A stretch of 64,000 nucleotides of DNA from Hymenobacter sp. (GCA_043780755.1 JAYWCH010000252.1:178-64177), one strand, 5' to 3'; counted from the stretch's first letter, positions 9,275-19,031 are shown. Notes: generated by a model not told the origin, from the letters alone. Numbers and translations are program-made.

Positions 9275-9967
9275 TTATAAAATTACTTTCAACTCACTCA
9301 AACAACTGATTTCATGGGTAATCTGGTTGAAGTGCCGGCGCTTGTCGGGATTGAAATAGACCTGATCAATGCCGGCATTGCAGGCGCCGAGCACGTCGCA
9401 CTCCAGGTTGTCGCCAACCATAAGGCTTTCGGCCGCCGTGGCGCCGGTGCGGGTCAGGGCGTGGGCAAACATGCGGGGGTCGGGCTTGAGGTGGCCACTG
9501 TGCTCGGAGGTAATTACTTCCTCAAAGTACTGCGCCAGGTTCGACGAAGCCAGCTTTCGGCTTTGAATATCGTGAAAACCATTCGTAATCAGGTGCAGGC
9601 GGTAGTTAGGCTTGAGGTAATCCAGTACTTCGTGGGTGTAGGGAAAAACCGCCGTTTTGTGCGGGAGAAGATCGGTGAATTCGGCCGAAATAGTGGCGGG
9701 AATTTCCGCCTCCGGTACGCCCAGCCTGCCCAGCGTGCGCACGAACCGGACGTCGCGCAGCTGGTGCTGCGTAATTTTGCCATTCTGATACAACCGCCAC
9801 AGCGCGTGGTTAATATCGCTGTAAACGTGCATGAACTGCTCCACCGTGAAAGTGTCGAAACGGGCAAAATCGTGCTGCACGAAGAGCGTGCGCAGCGTCT
9901 CGTTGGCGTTTTTCTCAAAATCCCAGAGCGTGTGGTCGAGATCGAAGAAGATATGGCGGTATTTCAT
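9275..9967 (-). CDS. HAD-superfamily hydrolase, YjjG-like noncanonical pyrimidine nucleotidase
   Basis: 230 aa. Motif I FFDLDHTLWDF and C-terminal MVGDNLECDVLGA motif. Lies 8 nt upstream of the kinase gene. Confidence 0.75.
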   Translation of the reverse strand: MKYRHIFFDLDHTLWDFEKNANETLRTLFVQHDFARFDTFTVEQFMHVYSDINHALWRLYQNGKITQHQLRDVRFVRTLGRLGVPEAEIPATISAEFTDLLPHKTAVFPYTHEVLDYLKPNYRLHLITNGFHDIQSRKLASSNLAQYFEEVITSEHSGHLKPDPRMFAHALTRTGATAAESLMVGDNLECDVLGACNAGIDQVYFNPDKRRHFNQITHEISCLSELKVIL

Positions 9968-10033
9968 CTAATGGGGAATCAGTTAGTTGTTATTGCTTGA
10001 AAAAAGACGGCTGGACGGATCGGGGCGCGGCCC

Positions 10034-10972
10034 TCACCCCATGCTGCGGGCCAGCGCCATGCTCAGGACGCCCGCCAGCATGATGGCTTTGCACCACGCG
10101 CTGAGGTGGTGGAAGTGCCGCCGTCGGTCGGCGCGCACGAGCAGCCGCCCGAGTTGGGCCATCGGCAGGAGCACCAGCACCACCAGCCAGCAGCCCAGCG
10201 GCCAGTGCCCGCTGGCGAATAAGCGGCTCGTGGCGCCCGCGCTGAGTAGGGCCAGGCAAATCAGGAAAAAGCCCGCTACCCACTTCGTGCGGGCCACGCC
10301 CCACACCAGCGGCAGGGTGTGGCAGCCGTGCTGGGCATCGCCGCGCATGTCCTCCACATCTTTGAGGATTTCGCGCACCACCGTCAGCAGAAAAGCGGCC
10401 AGCGCGTAGGGCCAGACAATGCTGTGGCTGTTGTGCCGCTGCAGCTGCAATTGCAGCTCGGGCAGCAGCACCAGCGCCGCCGTAAGGGTAGCAATGCTGA
10501 TGTTGCCCACCAGCGCCACCCGCTTAAAGCGAGCCGAGTAGCCCCAGAGCAGCAGCGCCGTGCCCAGCGTCACCAGCCCCAGCACTGGATGCAGCCAGCC
10601 GGCCAGCCCCACGCCCGCGCCACTCAGCAGCAGGTGCGCCAGCATGGCCGTGCGCCGTCCCACCACGCGGCCGATCACCAGCCGGTCGGGCCGGTTGATG
10701 GCATCGATCTTGACGTCGTAATAGTCGTTGATGATGTACCCCGCCGCCGCCACCAGCAGCGCCGCCAGCACCAGCAGCCCGAAGCGCGGTGCCAGCAGCG
10801 CCGTGCGCCAGGGCTGTTCGGGCAGCAGCAGGCCCGCCCGCACCAGCGCCAGACACAGCAGCATAATGAGCAGGTTGGGCCAGCGCACCAGCGTGGGCAA
10901 GGCCGTGCGCAGCCGCTCCGCCGGGAGCGGGGACCAATCAGCAGCGGACGGCTTTGATGGGCGCGGTTTCAT
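10034..10972 (-). CDS. UbiA-family polyprenyltransferase (integral membrane)
   Basis: Trimmed to internal MKPRPSK (ATG at 10972). NDYYDVKID Asp-rich motif, second DVEDMRGD motif, multiple TM segments. Confidence 0.8.
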   Translation of the reverse strand: MKPRPSKPSAADWSPLPAERLRTALPTLVRWPNLLIMLLCLALVRAGLLLPEQPWRTALLAPRFGLLVLAALLVAAAGYIINDYYDVKIDAINRPDRLVIGRVVGRRTAMLAHLLLSGAGVGLAGWLHPVLGLVTLGTALLLWGYSARFKRVALVGNISIATLTAALVLLPELQLQLQRHNSHSIVWPYALAAFLLTVVREILKDVEDMRGDAQHGCHTLPLVWGVARTKWVAGFFLICLALLSAGATSRLFASGHWPLGCWLVVLVLLPMAQLGRLLVRADRRRHFHHLSAWCKAIMLAGVLSMALARSMG

Positions 10973-11036
10973 CGGGAGACGGGCAGGGTGCAAAGGTCGG
11001 CGAAAGTGCCGGGCTGGGGCGGGGGTGGGCGGGCAA

Positions 11037-11070
11037 CAAAAAAGCTCCTCCGGGTGGGGAGAAGCTTTTT
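11037..11070 (-). terminator. Rho-independent terminator after the cold-shock gene
   Basis: Minus strand reads AGCTTCTCC-loop-GGAGGAGCT (one mismatch) followed by TTTTTTG. Lies 3' of the csp stop at 11107. Confidence 0.55.
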
Positions 11071-11106
11071 CGGGGGCTGGCCCCACAGTCGTTGCTGAAC
11101 GGTTGA

Positions 11107-11301
11107 TCAGACTTTGCGCACGTTGACGGCGTTGATTCCCTTGCGGCCTTCCTGCGTTTCGAATTCCACCGGATCATTTTGCTGCACCTGCGTGCCGTTG
11201 AGGCCGGTTACGTGTACGAAGAAATCCTCCTTCGTCTGGTCGTCGGTCACGAAGCCATAACCTTTGGCTTCGTTGAAAAATTTGATGATGCCGGTTTTCA
11301 T
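11107..11301 (-). CDS. Cold-shock protein (CSD/OB fold)
   Basis: Trimmed to MKTGIIKFFNEAKGYGFV (RNP-1-like KGYGF, RNP-2-like FVHV). 64 aa. Confidence 0.9.
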   Translation of the reverse strand: MKTGIIKFFNEAKGYGFVTDDQTKEDFFVHVTGLNGTQVQQNDPVEFETQEGRKGINAVNVRKV

Positions 11302-11437
11302 GCAAAAAAACAAAAAGGTGGAAACTGCCCGGGTGAAGGCTGCCGGAACGCCTGAAATGGCATTTTACCACCACTTCCAGCCAGCTTACGCGGGAACCCA
11401 ACGCGGGGTTGGCTCCGGGCCGGGGCGGGCGGGTGGG

Positions 11438-11674
11438 TTATTGGTTATCGCGCCACTCGTACACCCATTTGGCCTGAATCTGTTCCAGATGCCCTTCGGC
11501 CGCCTGCTCGCGGGTGCCCACAAAATTGGGTAGGCTCAGCACCCACTCAATAAGATCGGTGAACCGGATGCGGTAGATTTTGGCTTCGGGATAATCATTG
11601 CCAAATTTCTCGTACAAAGCCATGGCAACGTCTTCGTAGTCGGTCCAATGAATGGGGAGTTCGAAATGGGTCAT
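11438..11674 (-). CDS. iscX: IscX (YfhJ)-like Fe-S assembly accessory protein
   Basis: 78 aa. The W-TD...ALY......RFTDL..WV pattern parallels E. coli IscX (WTDSREIGEALYDAYPD...VRFTDMHQWI). Lies immediately downstream of an ISC-type ferredoxin. Confidence 0.6.
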   Translation of the reverse strand: MTHFELPIHWTDYEDVAMALYEKFGNDYPEAKIYRIRFTDLIEWVLSLPNFVGTREQAAEGHLEQIQAKWVYEWRDNQ

Positions 11675-11782
11675 TCTGCTGAATTAAAATGTAAGAATTA
11701 AAAATGGTTGATTAATAATGGCCGGGCCGCCCGAAAAAGGACTGGCGCTGCCATTCTTAATCCGTGATTTTTAATTGCCGGA

Positions 11783-12118
11783 TCAGTGCCCGAGGAACTG
11801 TTGGGCCGGGATGGTGACCACCAGCTGCATATCGGCCTGCACCACGCACTGGCACGCCAGGCGCGAGGTGATACGCGGGTTTTCGGCGCGGTCAATGAAG
11901 TCTTCTTCCTTGTCGCTGATTTCGGGCAGATCGTCACCGCCCGAATTGACGTAGATGTGGCAAGTGCTGCAGCCGCATACCCCGCCGCAATTGTGCTGGA
12001 GTTGAATGCCGTTGTTGAGGGCCACGTCGAGCACCGATTCGCCGGGGGCTGCCACGTGGGTTTGGGCGGGCTGGCCGTCGCTGAGCTGGAAGGTAATGGT
12101 GGTGGCGGGAACGGACAA
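11783..12118 (-). CDS. fdx: ISC/adrenodoxin-type [2Fe-2S] ferredoxin
   Basis: 111 aa. CGGVCGCSTCH ... SRLACQ cysteine ligand pattern. Confidence 0.85.
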   Translation of the reverse strand: MSVPATTITFQLSDGQPAQTHVAAPGESVLDVALNNGIQLQHNCGGVCGCSTCHIYVNSGGDDLPEISDKEEDFIDRAENPRITSRLACQCVVQADMQLVVTIPAQQFLGH

Positions 12119-12187
12119 AGTTGGGGGCGAAAAGTACGAAAAAACGGGACGTTTACCATCGTAAAGGTACTGCCCACGGCCCCGGCA

Positions 12188-12988
12188 TCAAAGCTGAGCC
12201 TGAATGCTGGCGGTGAGCTGTTCGTAAAGCACCTGCCACTGCGGATGGGCCGCCAGGGCCGCGTGGTGGGCGTTCAGGGTGGGGGCGTCGCGCCGGGCGG
12301 CCGGCCCGGTCTGCACGGTGAAAGGTGGGTGGCTCAGGGCTTTGTCGATGGTTTCGCGCACCAGCGGCGCCAGCAGGGTAGCCGGCAGCTGGGCCTCAGC
12401 CAGCAGCGAGTCGGCAATGCCGAGCAGGTGGTTGGTGAAATTGTTGGCGAAGACGGCTGCGACGTGCAGCCGGAGCCGTTGTGTCGAATCGAGGAGCAGC
12501 ACGTGCCCGCTCAGGCTGCGGGCCAGGGCCAGCAGGGTGGTTTCGGCCGGCGCATCGGCTGCTTCGATGCACAGCGGTACAGCCGGCCAGGCCACGGCCC
12601 GGCCGGGGCTGAAGGTTTGCAGCGGATAAAACACGCCCCCGCGCACGGCCGGCAGCGCCGCGAAGAGCGCCAGCGGCAGCGCCCCCGCCAGGTGCGCCAC
12701 TAACGCCCCGGCCGGCCAGGCCACGGCCGCCAGCAGCGGCGCCACGGCGGCATCGGGCACTGCTAGTAAATAGAGATCGGCCGGGGGCAGGGGGGAGGCT
12801 AAAGTGGTCAGGGGCCGGGCGCCGGGCAGGTGGGCGGCCAGAACGCGGGCGGCCGGCGCGGTGCGGCTCCACACAAATTCGACGCGGTGGCCCGCCGCCA
12901 GCAGCGCCGGCCCCAACTGACTGGCCACCCGGCCGGCCCCGAACAAACCGATTCGAAAAGACTCCACAACGGGAAGCGGCATAGCCAT
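12188..12988 (-). CDS. Rossmann-fold NAD(P)-binding protein with DUF2520-type C-terminal domain
   Basis: 266 aa. N-terminal FGAGRVASQLG dinucleotide fold. FYPLQTF and LHVAAVFANNF...QTGPAARRD segments resemble the DUF2520 family, from memory. Confidence 0.6.
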   Translation of the reverse strand: MAMPLPVVESFRIGLFGAGRVASQLGPALLAAGHRVEFVWSRTAPAARVLAAHLPGARPLTTLASPLPPADLYLLAVPDAAVAPLLAAVAWPAGALVAHLAGALPLALFAALPAVRGGVFYPLQTFSPGRAVAWPAVPLCIEAADAPAETTLLALARSLSGHVLLLDSTQRLRLHVAAVFANNFTNHLLGIADSLLAEAQLPATLLAPLVRETIDKALSHPPFTVQTGPAARRDAPTLNAHHAALAAHPQWQVLYEQLTASIQAQL

Positions 12989-13240
12989 TTAGCAGAATAT
13001 AAAAATGGGAATTTAAGAATCGAATCAGCCGGCCGGTTACTGATGAACAGCAAGTTGGACGGCCGGGCAGTGTCGGCCGAGGGAGCCGGTCACCATTTAT
13101 GCTGAAAGTGTTGGACCTTGTACCCTCAAAACTACCGCCCCGAATGGCGGCCCGGCGCCGGAGCTATTCTTCGGGGGTGGGCTGGTGGGGCGGAAGGCGC
13201 CTTTTTTCTTTTTGTCGTTGCTGCTCTTTAACTCATTCGT

Positions 13241-16042
13241 ATGAAACACCTGTACAATCGCGCCGGGCTGCTTTGGAGTTTGCGGCGGCTGGCGCTGGTG
13301 GCGCTGCTCGCGGGGGGCGGAAGCGGCGCCCGGGCGCAGTTTTTTGCGGCCGGCAACGTGATCAGTCAGGCGGGGACTTATGCCGATCTGGGGGTGAGCG
13401 GGGTGACCATCAGCACGCCGGACTTCGATGATTCTAACTCCGACCCGCAGACGCTGCCCTTTGCGTTTACGTACAACGGAACGGTCTTCAGTCAGTTTGT
13501 GCTCAATACCAACGGGTACCTGAAGCTGGGCAGCGTGGCCCCGGCACCGCCTTATTTCGCTACTTATGCCCAGCAGCCCTCTTCCGACGGCCCGCTGATT
13601 TCGGCCTCGGAAACCAATCTGCTGCTGCCCTTCAACGCGGATCTGGAAGCCGGAACGGGACCGACGGAGTATCGCTTCGCCACCACGGGCACGGCCCCGA
13701 ACCGGATCTGCACCATTCAGTGGAAAAACGTGAGCGATAAAGCCCGCCCGGCCACGCCGACTACGGGCAACCTCGACAAGCAATTCGCCAACTTCAGCTT
13801 TCAGATCAAGCTCTATGAAGCGACCAACAACGTTGATTTTGTGTACGGCACCGCCACGCCCTCAACCGGCCAGACCAATGCCAATTTTATCGTAATCGGG
13901 CTGAAAGGCGCCAACACCACGGCGGCGCAAGCCATCACGGCGGTGAAGCCCTCGAACAACGCCTGGAGCACCACTACTTTTCAGGCCGGACCCTACCTGG
14001 CGGGCGCCAACGGCCACAATATCCGGGCCGTGGCCACCACGGCCGGGGGTACGCCGCTGCCCGATCCGGGCCGGACTTACAGCTTTCTGCTGCCGGCGGC
14101 CAACGATGCCGCCGTGCAGGCGGTCTACGCCTACGACCAGCTGCCGGTGCCGGCCGGGCAGCCCGCCACGCTGCGGGCGGCCGTCCGCAACGCGGGCACC
14201 GGCGCCCTGGGCAGCCTCACGGTTACGCTGAGCGTGAGCGGCGCCAACACCACGACCGTTGCCCAGACCACCGGCAGTCTGGCCGTGGGTGCGACCGTGG
14301 TGGTGACCTTCGCCGGGGTGGTGCTGCCCAATGCGGGCACCAACACGGTGACCGTGACCGTACCCAACGACGACAACAACACCAACAATAGCGGCAGCGC
14401 CACGCTGGTGACCAACGCCACGACCTTCTCCTACATTACGCTGCCGGGCGCGGCCACCCAGGGCGGGATCGGCAACGCGGCCGGGACCTTGCAGGGCTTC
14501 GCGGCCAAATTCACCCTCACGGCGCCGCGCACCCTCACCGCCGTGCGGGCGTTCGTGACGGACTTCGCTACCATCGGCACCACCCAGAAGACGACGGTGG
14601 GCGAAACGCTCTACGGCGTGGTGGTCGATGCGATTTCCGGCGCCATTGTCGCCCGCTCGCCCGATTACGTGGTGACGACGGCCGCAGCCAACGCCCTGCA
14701 TACGTTCAACCTGACCACGCCCATTACGATCTCGGCGGGCGATTTTCTGGTGGGCCTGATTCAGGTGACGGCCTCGGCCGGACCGCGCTTTTATCCGATG
14801 GGGATTCAGACCGAGACGCCGGTTCGGCCGGGCGCATTTTATGGGATCTCGACGGCCACGCCGCCCACGGCCCCGGTTGATGTGTACGGCACGGCCGGCG
14901 CCTACGGCAAGTACATGCTCGAAGCCGTCACGATTCCGCCTTCGAGCTGCGCGCCGCCCGCGGGCGTAACCGTCACCGGCACGTCGAATTCGGCCAGCAT
15001 AGCCTTTACTGGTCCGGCCAATGGAACCAGCTACCAGCTGGTGTACGGACCCACGGGCTTCAATCCGGCCAGTGCGGGCACCACGTCGGCCGCTTTTGCC
15101 AACTCCCCCGGCGCGGTGGCGGGCCTGACACCGGCCACCTGCTACGATTTTTACCTGCGCAGCAGCTGCGGCACCGGGCAGAGCGCCCTGGTCGGGCCGT
15201 TCGGCTTCTGCACGCCCTGCCTGGCGCCTACGATCAGCACTTTTCCCTACGCCCAAAGCTTCGATGCCCTGGCGCCGGGCCAGGCCCTGCCCTGCGGCAT
15301 CACGGTGGCCGACGCGAACGCCGACGGCTTTACCTGGCGGGTGCGCAGCACGGTCGATCCTAGCCTGAGCGGCACGAGTGTCGTCCACTCGGCGCCCAAT
15401 GCCATGGTGTACGTCTACAATACCGACGATATTACCGTCGGGGCCGACGACTGGTTTTACTCGCCCGCTTTGGCGCTGGTCGCCGGTCAGCGCTACCGGC
15501 TCTCGTTTTACTACCGCGTGGCTGCCGGCTACACCGAGCGGCTGGAAGTGAAGTACGGCCCCTCACCAACCCCCGCCGGCCAGACGACCGCCCTCTTCGC
15601 CAACCCCGCCGTAACCAACGCGGCCTACGCGCTCGTGAATAATGCCAGCACGCCCGCCGTCCTCGATTTCAGCCCCGCTGCCGGCACGTACTATCTTGGT
15701 TTTCATGCCCTGAGTACCGCCAGTCAGGGCCTGCTGGCCGTGGATGATGTGCTGATTACCGCCAGTCCACTGGCGACATCGGCCGCCCTGGGCCGCGCCG
15801 TTAGCGTATTTCCCAATCCGTCGGCCTCGGGCTTGTTCAGTCTTGAAATTCACGGCGCCCAGGCCCGCCAGCCACTGCTGGTGGAAGTTACCAACCTGCT
15901 CGGCCAGCGCGTGTTCACGGGCACGGCCGCTGACAATTTCCGCACCGAGCTGAATCTGACCCTGCTCGCCCCCGGCCTCTACAGCCTGAAAGTCCGCAAC
16001 GGCGCGGAGTTCACCCAGCAGCAGATTGCCATTGTGAAATAG
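13241..16042 (+). CDS. Secreted multidomain T9SS cargo (CARDB-like, FN3-like and choice-of-anchor-J-like modules, C-terminal sorting domain)
   Basis: 933 aa. Signal peptide ...GGSGARAQ. CARDB-like segment AGQPATLRAAVRNAGTGALGSLTVTLSV. FN3-like segment CAPPAGVTVTGTSNSASIAFTG. C-terminal VSVFPNPSASGLFSLEIHG...LYSLKVRNGAEFTQQQIAIVK, typical of the type A T9SS CTD. Confidence 0.8.
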   Translation: MKHLYNRAGLLWSLRRLALVALLAGGGSGARAQFFAAGNVISQAGTYADLGVSGVTISTPDFDDSNSDPQTLPFAFTYNGTVFSQFVLNTNGYLKLGSVAPAPPYFATYAQQPSSDGPLISASETNLLLPFNADLEAGTGPTEYRFATTGTAPNRICTIQWKNVSDKARPATPTTGNLDKQFANFSFQIKLYEATNNVDFVYGTATPSTGQTNANFIVIGLKGANTTAAQAITAVKPSNNAWSTTTFQAGPYLAGANGHNIRAVATTAGGTPLPDPGRTYSFLLPAANDAAVQAVYAYDQLPVPAGQPATLRAAVRNAGTGALGSLTVTLSVSGANTTTVAQTTGSLAVGATVVVTFAGVVLPNAGTNTVTVTVPNDDNNTNNSGSATLVTNATTFSYITLPGAATQGGIGNAAGTLQGFAAKFTLTAPRTLTAVRAFVTDFATIGTTQKTTVGETLYGVVVDAISGAIVARSPDYVVTTAAANALHTFNLTTPITISAGDFLVGLIQVTASAGPRFYPMGIQTETPVRPGAFYGISTATPPTAPVDVYGTAGAYGKYMLEAVTIPPSSCAPPAGVTVTGTSNSASIAFTGPANGTSYQLVYGPTGFNPASAGTTSAAFANSPGAVAGLTPATCYDFYLRSSCGTGQSALVGPFGFCTPCLAPTISTFPYAQSFDALAPGQALPCGITVADANADGFTWRVRSTVDPSLSGTSVVHSAPNAMVYVYNTDDITVGADDWFYSPALALVAGQRYRLSFYYRVAAGYTERLEVKYGPSPTPAGQTTALFANPAVTNAAYALVNNASTPAVLDFSPAAGTYYLGFHALSTASQGLLAVDDVLITASPLATSAALGRAVSVFPNPSASGLFSLEIHGAQARQPLLVEVTNLLGQRVFTGTAADNFRTELNLTLLAPGLYSLKVRNGAEFTQQQIAIVK

Positions 16043-16182
16043 CTGCTGCCGCGCCCGAAGCCTCTCTGACACCGGGAAACAGCAGTTTCTGCAGCCGCTG
16101 AAGCTTCTTTGCGGCCGCTGGACCAACGCCCGGTGTTAGGGCAAAACAGCTTCCTTCCGGTTTCCAGCCGAAAGTTGAATGC

Positions 16183-16219
16183 AAAAAAGACCGTTCCGGA
16201 TTCCGGAACGGTCTTTTTT
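16183..16219. terminator. Bidirectional terminator between convergent cargo gene and ccmF
   Basis: AAAAAAGACCGTTCCGG-ATT-CCGGAACGGTCTTTTTT: perfect stem with A-run and T-run flanks. Confidence 0.7.
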
Positions 16220-16248
16220 AGTTGAATCAGAACCCGGAATCCGGGCGC

Positions 16249-18846
16249 TTAGCTCACCGTTTGGGGCCGGGCGCTGCGGGTGGCGGGTTCGGGCAGGGCG
16301 GCTTCCGAGTTGGTGTAGGCCGGGGCATCCTTGCGCCCCCGCTGCCGCAGACTCAGGCCGAAGCCGATGGCCATGAGCAGCGTGCCGCTCCACAGCAGGT
16401 TGATGAAGGGCTTCTCCATGGCCTTGAGAATCACGTAGTCCTTCTGGGTGGTGCTCACGCCGAAGGTAAACTTGCCCTTCACCGGATCGATGGCATTGAG
16501 GCTCAGCCGAACGCCGAGGTCTTCCACCTCGTCGGGCACCCGGCCCACCATGCGGTTGCGCACCACAAAAATGGGGTGGCAGTGGTACTGGCGCTTTTCG
16601 CCCGACACAATCATGTCGGCTTGCAGGGCCAGGTCGCCCTTCTTCATATTCAGGCCGGCGGTTTGGTGGGCCGGCTCAATGGCGCGGAACACGGCAAAGT
16701 AGTCGTTCAGGAAGATGGTGTCGCCCACGCTCAGCGTGTGCTCCTTCACTTCGCTCCAGGGCTTGTCTTTGCGCGGGTCGAGCACCGAGCTGATGTGCGA
16801 ATAGATGTCGTGGCCCCAGAACTTCTTGATGTCCGGCGAAGCCAGCAGGCCGCCCATTTCCTCGTTCACCTGCGCCCGGGGATAGAGTACGAACTTCTCG
16901 CCCGACTTCTGATCGCGGTAGGCGATGCGGTAGTAGGTATTCTCGGGCAGAATGCCGAGCGTATCGCCGGTCTTGTAGTACGTCTTACCGTTGCTGACGA
17001 TAGGCGCCCGGGCCAGGGCCTTGTAGTCGTCGTCGGTGCGGAAAAGCAGCTGCTTGTCCACGTAGCCGGGCACCCCGGGTACGTCGTAGAACTGGCCGGT
17101 GTAGGTCAGCTCGTAGCCGTGCATGGGCGTGGTTTCGTTGCGCCAGAGCAGGACGTTATCGCGGTTGAGATCCTCCGTGAAATCGCGCGAGTAGAGCAAG
17201 CCCGAGACGTTGCGCGAAATGATGCTGGAATAACCCGACGAGGCCAGAATACCGAGCAGCATCAGGGCAATGCCCAGGTGAGCTACGGCCCCGCCCGAGA
17301 GCCGGATCCCGCGCCGCAGCAGCGTGAAGATGGTACTGAAGTTGGCCAGCACCCCAAACAAGCCCGCCAGTACCAGCACCACGTAGGGCGGCGAAATGGT
17401 CAGGCCATTGTAGCGCACCAGCAGCACGACCAGCGCTGTGCCCAGCAGGGCCAGCATAGTGGGCGCCGTGAGGGAGTTGATGAGCGTCTGCTTATCGTTG
17501 CGCTGCCACCACATGATCTGGCCCACGCCGGAGAGGAAGGCCACGCCTACGCCCATCCAGAGCTGCATTTTCGAGTAGTGAGCGATCTGATCGGCGGGCA
17601 GGGCCACGTTGGTCTTGATGCCAATCAGCCCCATGAGGGCATTGTAGACGGGAATGCTGGTCGTGAATAACACCTGGAACGCGCCCAGGCAAAGCACCGT
17701 GGCGCCCACGAATACCCACAGCTCGGGGTTGTAGGCGGTCAGCTCTTTTTCGGAAATCGGGATTTCCTTCCAGCGCCACGACAGCAGCCCGATCGATAGA
17801 ATGGCGAAAGCCAGCAGGTAAACCAGCAGCTGACCCGACAAACCCAGGTCGGTAAAGGAGTGCACCGAGGCGCTGCCCAGCACCCCGCTCCGGGTGAGGA
17901 AAGTGGCGTAGAGAATCAGCACGAACGTGGCAATGACCAGGGCGAAAGCCGTGCGCAGGCCGGTGCGGCGCTTCTGCCAGAGCACCATGCCGTGCAGCGA
18001 GGCCACCAGCACCAGCCAGGGAATGTACACGGCATTTTCGACCGGGTCCCAGTTCCAGTAGCCGCCGAAGTTCAGCGTCTCATAAGCCCAGTAGGCGCCC
18101 ATGACCACGCCCACGCCCAGCACGCCGCCGCCGACCAGCGTCCAGGGCAAAGCAGGCTTCACCCAGGCGGTCAGCTCTTTCTTCCAAAGCCCCGCGATGG
18201 CGAAGGCGAAGGGCACCAACGTCAGGGCAAAGCCCAGAAACAGCGTGGGCGGGTGAATCACCATCCAGTAATTCTGGAGCAGGGCGTTTAGCCCGGTGCC
18301 GTCCTTGGGTACGAAGTTGGGATTTAGCTTAAATACCGGCAGATCCACCAGGAAGTCGCGCAGCAGGGTAAAGGGTGACGAGCCCACTTTCACCCCGGCC
18401 ACCACCACGCCCAGCAGCATGCTCACCAAAAACAGCTGCACGCCGCTGAATACGGCCATCACCGGCGCTTCCCACTTGCGGTTGAAGCGCATAATGCACA
18501 GTCCCAACAGCACCTGCCAGAAGATCCAGAGCAAAAAGCTTCCTTCCTGACCTTCCCAGAAACACGAAATCATGTACTGCACCGGCAGGTGATTCGAGCT
18601 GTGGCTCCAGGCGTAATAATACTCGTAATGGTGGGAGTAAATAATCTTGAACAGGCAGACGACGATTGAGATCACCGCCGCGCTGTGCACGAAAAAGGCG
18701 CCGCGGGCAATGCGTAGCCAGCTGGCATCCGTATCGCCCAGCTCCCGGCCCCGGGTGGACTGAAAGTAACTGTAGGCTGCCACAGTCGCCGCCACAAAGG
18801 CGACGATCACACTCAGCTGGCCAATGTTTCCAATTAATAAATTCAT
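16249..18846 (-). CDS. ccmF: Cytochrome c-type biogenesis protein CcmF (heme lyase), long Bacteroidota form
   Basis: Trimmed to MNLLIGNIGQ (ATG 18846), 865 aa. WWD-type motif WAYETLNFGGYWNWDPVENAVYIPWL. Many TM segments. Follows ccmE. Confidence 0.85.
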   Translation of the reverse strand: MNLLIGNIGQLSVIVAFVAATVAAYSYFQSTRGRELGDTDASWLRIARGAFFVHSAAVISIVVCLFKIIYSHHYEYYYAWSHSSNHLPVQYMISCFWEGQEGSFLLWIFWQVLLGLCIMRFNRKWEAPVMAVFSGVQLFLVSMLLGVVVAGVKVGSSPFTLLRDFLVDLPVFKLNPNFVPKDGTGLNALLQNYWMVIHPPTLFLGFALTLVPFAFAIAGLWKKELTAWVKPALPWTLVGGGVLGVGVVMGAYWAYETLNFGGYWNWDPVENAVYIPWLVLVASLHGMVLWQKRRTGLRTAFALVIATFVLILYATFLTRSGVLGSASVHSFTDLGLSGQLLVYLLAFAILSIGLLSWRWKEIPISEKELTAYNPELWVFVGATVLCLGAFQVLFTTSIPVYNALMGLIGIKTNVALPADQIAHYSKMQLWMGVGVAFLSGVGQIMWWQRNDKQTLINSLTAPTMLALLGTALVVLLVRYNGLTISPPYVVLVLAGLFGVLANFSTIFTLLRRGIRLSGGAVAHLGIALMLLGILASSGYSSIISRNVSGLLYSRDFTEDLNRDNVLLWRNETTPMHGYELTYTGQFYDVPGVPGYVDKQLLFRTDDDYKALARAPIVSNGKTYYKTGDTLGILPENTYYRIAYRDQKSGEKFVLYPRAQVNEEMGGLLASPDIKKFWGHDIYSHISSVLDPRKDKPWSEVKEHTLSVGDTIFLNDYFAVFRAIEPAHQTAGLNMKKGDLALQADMIVSGEKRQYHCHPIFVVRNRMVGRVPDEVEDLGVRLSLNAIDPVKGKFTFGVSTTQKDYVILKAMEKPFINLLWSGTLLMAIGFGLSLRQRGRKDAPAYTNSEAALPEPATRSARPQTVS

Positions 18847-19031
18847 AAGTATGAAAAGGGTATCAGGCGAGCTTAGCGCGGGACCGCAGGGTAGAACAAC
18901 CGGGGAACGGAGATGATTTAGGATAGCCCTCGCCCCAGCCGCTGGCGGAGCGAACGGGAGGACCATTGCCCGGCGCGAAACTGCGTCGGCGGAGCCACCG
19001 GGGTTTCCTATAACGCTAACTGCAAGGGATT

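Noticed and set aside
12161-12170. Near-match -7 boxes (TACCTTTA upstream of fdx; TACCTTGCC upstream of the MBL gene at 26249-26257 and of the FAD oxidoreductase gene at 26022-26030; ATTCTTTGCC upstream of the first DUF1990 gene)
   Set aside because: They deviate from TAnnTTTG by one position or one missing T. They are plausible but not listed as features, to keep the promoter calls to exact matches.
13862-15388. 508-aa minus-strand ORF antisense to the T9SS cargo gene
   Set aside because: Arg/Gly-rich low-complexity translation. The plus-strand gene has a signal peptide and a CTD.
16222-17670. 482-aa plus-strand ORF antisense to ccmF
   Set aside because: Antisense artefact. The minus-strand frame carries the WWD heme-handling motif and TM segments.
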